From the sequence record NC_048016.1: 64,000 nucleotides of DNA. One strand, 5' to 3'. Every line of letters begins with the position of its first letter. Within the stretch, counting starts at the first letter, position 1. Under the pieces are notes generated by a model. That model was not told the origin of the DNA, made no database searches, and saw only the letters and a list, made by a program, of their open reading frames with translations. The translations under genes and the position numbers were made by a program. Positions 17,813 through 25,340 of this stretch are shown in pieces.

Positions 17813-18022
17813 TTAACTCGGGAAGGAGACTGATTTCGCACCGCCTGAGCTACTCCAGCTACAGGTTCCGCCGCAGTTGTACGCGCCAGCACGAATCCCA
17901 CCCAAGTTGTTGGTGTTGTTACACGTTCCACGGTTGGCGATATAATCAACCGCCTGTCCCGTGGTAATATAGCGTTCGATGCTCGCCACGCGGTTACCGA
18001 TGTCTTTCAAGCTTACTGCCAT
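17813..18022 (-). CDS. short precursor-like peptide (leader plus truncated Cys core)
   Basis: 69 aa; MAVSLK leader and CGGTCSWS motif homologous to the two long peptides; RBS AGGAG. Confidence 0.75.
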   Translation of the reverse strand: MAVSLKDIGNRVASIERYITTGQAVDYIANRGTCNNTNNLGGIRAGAYNCGGTCSWSSSGGAKSVSFPS

Positions 18023-18031
18023 AGCCTACTC

Positions 18032-18460
18032 CTACGGTCCAGAACAGCCTGCTCCACAACTCCCGCCACAGCCACTACCGCAACTTCCCGAGCACCCGCC
18101 AGAACATTTGCCTGAACAGTTACCCGAGCATGTGCCAGAACAACCGCCGGAGCAGCCGCCGCCACAGTTACCGCCACAGCTGCCACTACAACCACCGGTG
18201 CAGCTAGATGAACAGTTGCCCGAACAGGATGACGAACACCCAGACGAGCAGTTACCCGTACAGCCACCAGAACAGCCGTTACCGCACGTCCAGCTACAAG
18301 AGCCGTTACAGTGCAGTGCCGCTGGGGTGAAACCGTTGAGTAAATCAGCATTATTAGTAGTGCGTCCACCGATGTAGTTTTGCACGCCTGCTTCAGTTTT
18401 TAGTGCGGTGTTCTCAATATTGACAACACGGTCACGCACCGATTTTAATGAAATCGCCAT
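18032..18460 (-). CDS. CXXX-repeat Cys/Ser/Gly-rich precursor peptide (23 perfect repeats)
   Basis: 142 aa = 50-aa leader + 23 x C-X-X-X; RBS AGGAG. Confidence 0.9.
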   Translation of the reverse strand: MAISLKSVRDRVVNIENTALKTEAGVQNYIGGRTTNNADLLNGFTPAALHCNGSCSWTCGNGCSGGCTGNCSSGCSSSCSGNCSSSCTGGCSGSCGGNCGGGCSGGCSGTCSGNCSGKCSGGCSGSCGSGCGGSCGAGCSGP

Positions 18461-18468
18461 TTCCGCTC

Positions 18469-18858
18469 CTAAGGGCTGCTACAACCAGCACTGCAGTTAC
18501 TGCTACAGGTGCCAGAGCAACCGCTAGAGCAGCTGCTGCCACATGAACCTGAACAGCCGCTTGAACAGCCACCAGAACACGAGGATGAGCAACCTCCCCC
18601 GCAACCACCAGAACACGAGCCCGAACAGTTACCTGTACACACGCCGCTACAGCTTCCTGAGCAGCTCGAGCAACCGTGACTACAACCTGACGAACACGTC
18701 CAACTGCACGACCCGTTACAACGGGCCCACGTATCAGGTTGGCCTGCCAATAGATTCGCATTGTGAACTTTGCTGTTCACCTGCCCCTCTACGGACGCGC
18801 CGGTTGCTGCTTGGACTCGGTCAAGACGGGCACTTAGTTCTTTAAGTGATATCGCCAT
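18469..18858 (-). CDS. CXXX-repeat Cys/Ser/Gly-rich precursor peptide (21 Cys)
   Basis: 129 aa = 46-aa leader + 20 x CXXX + one CXX; RBS AAGGGAAGG. Confidence 0.9.
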   Translation of the reverse strand: MAISLKELSARLDRVQAATGASVEGQVNSKVHNANLLAGQPDTWARCNGSCSWTCSSGCSHGCSSCSGSCSGVCTGNCSGSCSGGCGGGCSSSCSGGCSSGCSGSCGSSCSSGCSGTCSSNCSAGCSSP

Positions 18859-18878
18859 TACCTTCCCTTTTTAATAAG

Positions 18879-18912
18879 ACACGGGCACTCGCCATATAGA
18901 CGAGGCCCGTGT
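18879..18912 (-). promoter_or_regulatory. stem-loop upstream of the precursor peptides
   Basis: ACACGGGC/GCCCGTGT plus CTCG/CGAG stem; loop contains TATG on the minus strand; only a weak U-tract. Confidence 0.45.
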
Positions 18913-18921
18913 GTAATTATA

Positions 18922-20121
18922 TTAACGTGAACCGGCATCAGCCTGTACATCGTCACGTGTGGTCAAGTTGGCGTTGACGTGCACGTTTGCCTGAACCACG
19001 CCGCCATACTGCTTGTGCAGGTACTGGGTGTGTGGATCGGCGGCAGACAGGTGGTTAGCGAGCGTCTGGTTAACACTGGCGATGTTGCCCTCGGTCGTGG
19101 TGACACGACGGGTCAGTGCGGTCAGGTCAACACGCAGCTGGTCAATCTGCTGCTGTGCGTCACCGGCTCCGGACTTGAGGTCATCAATCTGGTCTTGCAA
19201 CCCAACGGCCGTTTGCTTCAACTCATTCACGGTTTTCTGTAACGTCAATACCAGTGAATTGAGGTTGGCCACAATCAACGTCATCTTCTGGTAGTTTTGG
19301 TCTACCGTGTTCAGTTGGTCGTTGAAGGTGGTCAGCGAACTGACGATGGCATCAATGCGCCCACCCAGTGCCGTATCAGCAGCCTTAAGGTCGCCAATCT
19401 GGACGAGGGTTGCATCGATAGCTGCCTGCACGCCGGCAATCAACGCACGGATTTCGGTTGCGGTCAAACCATCAATATCGTGGATATCAAGGTTGTGCAC
19501 GTTACCCGTGGCATTGATGTGGGCATTCAGCGCGTCCAAGAAGTTATTCTTGATGTCGCCGATGATGTCTTTGATTTTCTCAAGCTGAACGGCATCGCCT
19601 GAACCAATCGCATCCAGAATACCCGAGAGCAGGGTAATGACGTATTCAAAACCAAAGATATCGCCAACGTCTTTAAACGCCGGGGCACCCGGTAGCGTAT
19701 CCGGGAAATCGATTAAGTCGGCAAAGTTCACCTTCTTATTATCAATGCCCAGAATCGCAATCGCATTTTCAATCGCAGTCACGTTCGCAGACATTGGCCC
19801 ACCGACAACCTGAGCGGTCACGATGATGTCTGTTGGAATGCTGCTGTTGGTCACTACAACTGCCATCACGACTTCTTTGTTGCCCGAGAGCTTCATGTAG
19901 GCCGGATGAGCGAAAATCAGTTCGTAGTCGGTACCACGTTTATACGGCGTGGTGGGCGAGTTCGTGGCACGCAGTTTAAAACTGTCTGCGTAAAACGGAC
20001 CTGCCGGAAAAGCAAAAGACCGGTTAACTTTACCGGAACCCAAGACCACGGGGATACTTACCGCGTTCGATGTCAGAGTTCCTTTAAGGTCAAGCGGATA
20101 CTGGAAAATAATATCACTCAT
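18922..20121 (-). CDS. coiled-coil tail-fibre-like virion protein
   Basis: About 399 aa from MSDIIF; N-terminal GPFY...DYELIF domain shared with the giant fibres; long heptad region; NHLSAADPHTQY fibre motif. Confidence 0.7.
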   Translation of the reverse strand: MSDIIFQYPLDLKGTLTSNAVSIPVVLGSGKVNRSFAFPAGPFYADSFKLRATNSPTTPYKRGTDYELIFAHPAYMKLSGNKEVVMAVVVTNSSIPTDIIVTAQVVGGPMSANVTAIENAIAILGIDNKKVNFADLIDFPDTLPGAPAFKDVGDIFGFEYVITLLSGILDAIGSGDAVQLEKIKDIIGDIKNNFLDALNAHINATGNVHNLDIHDIDGLTATEIRALIAGVQAAIDATLVQIGDLKAADTALGGRIDAIVSSLTTFNDQLNTVDQNYQKMTLIVANLNSLVLTLQKTVNELKQTAVGLQDQIDDLKSGAGDAQQQIDQLRVDLTALTRRVTTTEGNIASVNQTLANHLSAADPHTQYLHKQYGGVVQANVHVNANLTTRDDVQADAGSR

Positions 20122-20165
20122 CTCCAAGCTCCCTTACGAGAGGGCATCCCTGCCCTCACCAGTGG

Positions 20166-23100
20166 TTAAGACGACAAATTACTCGTTGGGATTAACATAA
20201 GATTGATGGTTACCTCACCCAGCGTGACCATCTTTCCGTCAGGCCCGAAGAACTTCGAGGCGACAACGACTTCCCGGTTCGACCCATTCGCGCGCTCCAA
20301 GAACGGCGGACAGTAGCTGATTTCCGGAGCCACCACACTCACCACCCCTGTGGTGTCTGCCACCGGAACATAGACATGGGAGACGGTCTCCAACACGTTG
20401 AGGTTACCGGACTGCGTACCTTGGTCTGAGGTGAATGCCACCACCGACGTCCCACTCGAGCGGATTAACTCGCGTTGGGTTGTCCCATTCCAATCGTAGG
20501 CAATAAAAGCAATGTGGCAGATGGTCCCACCGGCGGTACCTGCCTGAATGACTTCGATCCCAACCGTGTGCTGCCCGTTAGACACCGGGAAGTCCTGGGT
20601 GGCGAGCGCGTTTGACCCTTTCGAGGTAATGCCGGATGCCACACGCACGCCATCAATGTAGACGTGACACATGTCATCCACCGCAAACTTAAGTCGCAGC
20701 GTGCCCCCGGTGGTGGTCACTTTGAACTTGGTCGCATACGTACCGTAGCCCGGAATCGTCCGTGGGTTGATGTCAATCCAGATAAGCCCCAACGCATTTG
20801 CATCCGGGTTCTCCGCTGCTGTCACGGCCACTGCACGGGCAGGAGCCCAGAACAGCTCAGGCAACACTGCCCCGGAATACCACGGCTGGGAAGCCGGGAC
20901 ATAACGGTTAATCAGCGGACGAGACAACAATGATCCCACCGCCAGTGACAGTGCGGACTGACCCACGTACCCATCACCCGAGGTCGCAATCGGTAACGGT
21001 TCCAGCAGACCGAGCGGTGACTCTGCCCGTTCACGCACCACGTTCGAGCCGTGGCTGTACGCAACCCCCTCATGCTCCTCTAACTGACGTACCGCCCCCA
21101 GACGTTTCACCGGGGTAATGTTCTCCTCGATGATACGGCTGCTGTCGGTCTTGACGTAACCCACGTAAAGCAGGTTACTGCTGTCAGGGTAACGTTCGGT
21201 ACTGACCCGGTACCGCGCCTTCGTGGTGCCTTCGTCTGGGTAGACTTCAGCGTGGAAATAGAAGGTCTGGTTTCGGTAGTCACTGAACGCCGACGAGAAG
21301 TCAATGCTGTACTGGTCGAGCACGTACTCTTTCGAGTTAATGAACAGTCGCTCTGACTCGGTCAGGTAAAGAATCCACCCTTCCGCCGTCTTCACGCCCG
21401 CCAACACCACCGGTTGCGCATTCGCCGGGGAACCAAACGGACTGGCCATGAAGTCCGCAATCGGATACGCGTCGCCTGAGGAGAACACCGGGTCCAGTTT
21501 GAAATACGAATTCACCATCGCATTCAAATCTTTCACCCACACCCACGTGTTTGGGCTGTACGTTGGTCGGTCAAGCCCCAGTGCCCCGGTGGAGCTGGTC
21601 CACTGGTTACCGGTCAGGGTCAACACCGCACGGAAGTTCAATGCACCCCCATTCCCGACTTGGGCGATACGCAGCACGGACGGCAGATAGAGCACAAACT
21701 TCTGCCCATCGTTGGACACGAGTTGCGGCTGACCAAAGCGGCGGTCTTTTCCACCAAAGCTGAAATCCAATCCGACGTTGGCGATGTTCAAGTCAAGGTC
21801 GTTCTGGAACGTCAACAGTTGGAGGGTGCTGGAGCTAAACGCGAGAATCCCGTTGGAAACCGACGGGTACATCACAAAGTAGTAATGGTCGATTTTATTC
21901 ACACCGTCTACAAAGCGTTGTGCCGTGGCCTGTCCCAAGAAGAGCTGCTGCGGTGTCCCAATCGCAAAGCCCCACAGTGCGACATACAGTTTCCCGATTT
22001 GGTCAGCGGCCATCAGTCGCTCGGATGCGTAGCCGTTCGCTGCACCCGCTGGGGCGTTAGCCAACATGATACTGCGGACTTTCGCCCACTCGGTATCGTT
22101 CAGCGTCAGTTTGTCGGCGGTAAAGTTCGGGTTCCCGGTCACGTTCTTGTACTGCACCGTTTCAGGCTTAGTAAAGAAGCACCCGTTCAGCGTGCCTTTA
22201 TCTGCCGCATTCACTTTCACCATCGCCAGCTGGGACATCGCAGCGTAGGTTGCCGTGGTGATAACACGCCGGTTGTTGGTTGGACCAAAGCCCCCGTAAC
22301 CCGGTACGTCGTAATCCGTGTCGGTTGAATACAACACCTCAACGCACAACGCATCCTTGGTACCGGTGAGCCAGATGGCTTTAGAGTCCCCACCGAAGAA
22401 CAGCGGGTAGGCCATGCCAGAGGCGTACACAGACCCACGTCCTTGGTCGAGTTTGGTGGTGTTACCCACAACCGCACCTGTCGTCACATCGGCTGACAAC
22501 GAGTCGTAATGGTCACCCCCGCCCGGAACACCCATCGTGACTATCTGCACCGGGACATCACTGTCATTACCAACCGAAAGCACAGCGACCTTGTCATCGT
22601 GGTGTGCCACAAAGGCACGCTGGTTGGCTTGGGTCCCTGTCCACTTCAGTGGGTAGTTCGTGGTCAACAAATCCACGCCGGTTTTGTACTTCGCACCGGT
22701 ATCCAGTAACTGCAGTGGGAAGATTTCCGGGTGCTCCAGTGTCACCGTCAGGGTATCGAAGTCGAGCGTGAATGTCGTGTACCAGTTCTTGAAGCTCAAT
22801 GACTCGGTTGCTTTCGCCAGCCAAATCGTTGGCGTCATTGCCACCCGTAACACTTCATCCTCTTGCCCCAACACCCGGTTACACGTTGGCCCGTGCACCA
22901 GATTGCGCCCTACCGTGAAGGTACTGAGTGCGGCTGGGCTGATGTACGCTACCCGGTCGGTCTCGGTGTTGGCGGTGTCGTACCCCCCTTCGGCACGGAG
23001 CAGTAACCACGAACCTGCCACGCCCTTCATCCCGTTCAAGGTTTCAAGGGTAAAGGCCACGTCTTGTGCGCCGATGCTATTGAGTGAAACCGACGCCAAG

Positions 23101-25253
23101 GCCACACGGTAACTGTCGTTCGCCAGTCGGGTGCGCAGCAGATACACTTTACTGCCGTAGACCACGAGGTCATCCGTTTCCCCGGCGGGCACCATTGCCG
23201 CATTACTGCCTGCCACATCCATGATGGTCGGGAACGTCACTCGCACCACATTCAGGTGGCGATTGTGGTCGGCTGTCCCGGCGAGGTCAACGAGGTAATA
23301 CGCCCCGTCGCTGCCTAAACAGATAAGGGCATCCTGCCCCGGCACCACCACTGCACTGAGTGTCACCCCCGGGTACTTGGTGGTCATCCCGGCTGGCTGA
23401 TAGCGCTGTGAAGTTTGTTGGACGTTGCTGAGCGTGTTGTCGTCGTTAAAGGTACCGTAAGCGTAATAGATGTGGCGATCAGTCAGACCGTCCGTTCCGT
23501 TACGCAGAATATACAACCGGTCCCCTTCAAAACGCATCGCCCCGTAGAACTGGCTGTTGTTCTTGCCATACCCTTCGTAGTTACCCTGTGCCGGGATAGG
23601 CAGGAACCCGAGGTTGCCGTACGACGCCCCAATAACCGCCCACGTTGGAATCAGACCGTTGGCTTTGCTTTCCAAATCCGCCAAAGTCTTCTCAAAGAGA
23701 TACCCCTGTTTAGCCGTCACCACACGGTCTGTGCTGGCATCGATAATATCCCAGAGTAACACCAAGCCGGCTGCCGAAGAGCTGGCGTAGGGTACGTTGG
23801 TCACGTCTGCGAGGGTATGGGTGTGGTTGGTCAGGGATTTGTTGGCCACGGCGGCGGTTAACGCTTTGGTTACCGGCTTATCAAGCGGTGCGGTGTTCTG
23901 CATCTTCTCGACACCGACGTCCGCAGGCGTCAGGGTTAAGGTCTGGTCTGCATCAAAACCTTTGCCGTTGACGGTGTAAGTGTCATCGACGTAGTTCCCC
24001 AGCAAATCCCGCATCGCGGTAATACCCGCCTGTGAAATTGCATAACCGTCACTGAGTGAGGTACGGTTGGACGTGACCTTGATCAGACCCCGCACCCCCA
24101 CTGAGGCTTCGGGCAGGTTCGCTTCCAGACGGAACGGGGCGTAGGACTTGCCTGACCCGTAGACCTTCACGGTTTCCGTAGAGGACATGTACGCGTTAGC
24201 TGCTTTGAGTTTCACCTCGTGCAGGTACATCTCCACCATGTCGGGTGTAATCAAATACACCCCGTTGAAGACCGGAGCCAATGCATCAGGGCCCGAGTGC
24301 ACCATTAAGGTGTTCAGCCCCGCTGACATCTCCACCGCCACACCCGGGTTCGTGTTCGCACTGTCTGCGGTGAACCGTAAAGTCTTTTTGGTGGAGACCA
24401 ACACGTTCGGCCCTTTGAAGGTGATAACGTGGTCGTTGTTGGCGGTGGTGTACGTCAGGACATTGTTGTTGAGAACACGCAAGCGACCGAACACGTCATT
24501 AAACGCGGTGTCGTTACGCATCAGCAAATCAACGTGCTTTTGCTGCAAACCGGTTGTGGCCATCAGGGTCACGAGCTGGTCAATGGTGCGACCAAATGCC
24601 CGGGTGGCGTCCACGGCTTTATCCGTGACCTTCAAGGCCCCGATGTCATCCGCAGTGTACGAATGCCCGTGGGACTTCAGCAGGTGGTGCTGATACATCC
24701 CATCGTCGAACACTTTCTTGCCGGTTTGATAGATGAGCTCAGTGACTTCACTGTACGCGGCATCCATGTCCCCTGCCCGCTTAATCAGGCCCAAACGAAT
24801 GTCATTTAACGCGGAGACAATCTCATCGCGGGCAATGGCTTCGTCCAAGTCCTGTGGCGGGTCGATAGCTGGAATGGTCGGCGCATAGCGCATCAACGCA
24901 GACCAGTCTTCGTTACGGGGGTCTTTCAGGTCACTGCTGACCAGCCATTTGCCAATCTCGCTCTGCGGTACGCGGTAATCACGCCCCACAGCGTAGATGC
25001 TGTATTTGATGGCATCGTGGTTCAGCAGCATTATCCCGCCAAACACCGCGGCTTGGAATGCCTCAGCGGCTTCTTTGTAATAGTAGCCGAGGTAATAGTC
25101 CATGCCCTCGATAAGCGGGACATCATTTAAATCGGTGATAACCAGCCCGGTGCGGTAGAAAGGGCCTTCCGGCGGAATAACCGTATTGAAACGGTTTGGG
25201 AACGTCGAGACTTTCAACGTGCCTTCAAACTGGGCCGGGGTTTCCGTCGCCAT
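20166..25253 (-). CDS. giant tail fibre / tail-associated virion protein
   Basis: 1695 aa; shared N-terminal domain, NTAPLDKPV...NHTHT fibre motifs, C-terminal beta-sandwich (PA14-like) segment. Confidence 0.75.
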   Translation of the reverse strand: MATETPAQFEGTLKVSTFPNRFNTVIPPEGPFYRTGLVITDLNDVPLIEGMDYYLGYYYKEAAEAFQAAVFGGIMLLNHDAIKYSIYAVGRDYRVPQSEIGKWLVSSDLKDPRNEDWSALMRYAPTIPAIDPPQDLDEAIARDEIVSALNDIRLGLIKRAGDMDAAYSEVTELIYQTGKKVFDDGMYQHHLLKSHGHSYTADDIGALKVTDKAVDATRAFGRTIDQLVTLMATTGLQQKHVDLLMRNDTAFNDVFGRLRVLNNNVLTYTTANNDHVITFKGPNVLVSTKKTLRFTADSANTNPGVAVEMSAGLNTLMVHSGPDALAPVFNGVYLITPDMVEMYLHEVKLKAANAYMSSTETVKVYGSGKSYAPFRLEANLPEASVGVRGLIKVTSNRTSLSDGYAISQAGITAMRDLLGNYVDDTYTVNGKGFDADQTLTLTPADVGVEKMQNTAPLDKPVTKALTAAVANKSLTNHTHTLADVTNVPYASSSAAGLVLLWDIIDASTDRVVTAKQGYLFEKTLADLESKANGLIPTWAVIGASYGNLGFLPIPAQGNYEGYGKNNSQFYGAMRFEGDRLYILRNGTDGLTDRHIYYAYGTFNDDNTLSNVQQTSQRYQPAGMTTKYPGVTLSAVVVPGQDALICLGSDGAYYLVDLAGTADHNRHLNVVRVTFPTIMDVAGSNAAMVPAGETDDLVVYGSKVYLLRTRLANDSYRVALASVSLNSIGAQDVAFTLETLNGMKGVAGSWLLLRAEGGYDTANTETDRVAYISPAALSTFTVGRNLVHGPTCNRVLGQEDEVLRVAMTPTIWLAKATESLSFKNWYTTFTLDFDTLTVTLEHPEIFPLQLLDTGAKYKTGVDLLTTNYPLKWTGTQANQRAFVAHHDDKVAVLSVGNDSDVPVQIVTMGVPGGGDHYDSLSADVTTGAVVGNTTKLDQGRGSVYASGMAYPLFFGGDSKAIWLTGTKDALCVEVLYSTDTDYDVPGYGGFGPTNNRRVITTATYAAMSQLAMVKVNAADKGTLNGCFFTKPETVQYKNVTGNPNFTADKLTLNDTEWAKVRSIMLANAPAGAANGYASERLMAADQIGKLYVALWGFAIGTPQQLFLGQATAQRFVDGVNKIDHYYFVMYPSVSNGILAFSSSTLQLLTFQNDLDLNIANVGLDFSFGGKDRRFGQPQLVSNDGQKFVLYLPSVLRIAQVGNGGALNFRAVLTLTGNQWTSSTGALGLDRPTYSPNTWVWVKDLNAMVNSYFKLDPVFSSGDAYPIADFMASPFGSPANAQPVVLAGVKTAEGWILYLTESERLFINSKEYVLDQYSIDFSSAFSDYRNQTFYFHAEVYPDEGTTKARYRVSTERYPDSSNLLYVGYVKTDSSRIIEENITPVKRLGAVRQLEEHEGVAYSHGSNVVRERAESPLGLLEPLPIATSGDGYVGQSALSLAVGSLLSRPLINRYVPASQPWYSGAVLPELFWAPARAVAVTAAENPDANALGLIWIDINPRTIPGYGTYATKFKVTTTGGTLRLKFAVDDMCHVYIDGVRVASGITSKGSNALATQDFPVSNGQHTVGIEVIQAGTAGGTICHIAFIAYDWNGTTQRELIRSSGTSVVAFTSDQGTQSGNLNVLETVSHVYVPVADTTGVVSVVAPEISYCPPFLERANGSNREVVVASKFFGPDGKMVTLGEVTINLMLIPTSNLSS

Positions 25254-25285
25254 GTGTAAACTCCCACTTCTTAAAGAAAACGGAA

Positions 25286-25331
25286 GCCGTCCCCCGAGAG
25301 GGACGGCGCTTACGGACGGGTTGTCCGTAAG
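25286..25331. other. two adjacent GC-rich hairpins without a U-tract
   Basis: GCCGTCCC/GGGACGGC (25286-25307) and CTTACGGAC/GTCCGTAAG (25309-25331). Confidence 0.55.
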
Positions 25332-25340
25332 GACTTCCCG

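Noticed and set aside
18032-18730. Possible CRISPR array or DNA tandem repeat in the 12-nt periodic region
   Set aside because: There is no constant repeat with unique spacers. The periodicity is at amino-acid level with variable codons, and no cas genes are present.
17979-18845. Plus-strand PQLP/EQLP-repeat ORFs (17979..18377, 18543..18845) and alternative minus-frame Val/Ala-rich ORFs (18013..18369, 18432..18761)
   Set aside because: They are antisense or frame shadows of the CXXX peptides. They lack RBSs, while the Cys frames have good RBSs and homologous leaders.
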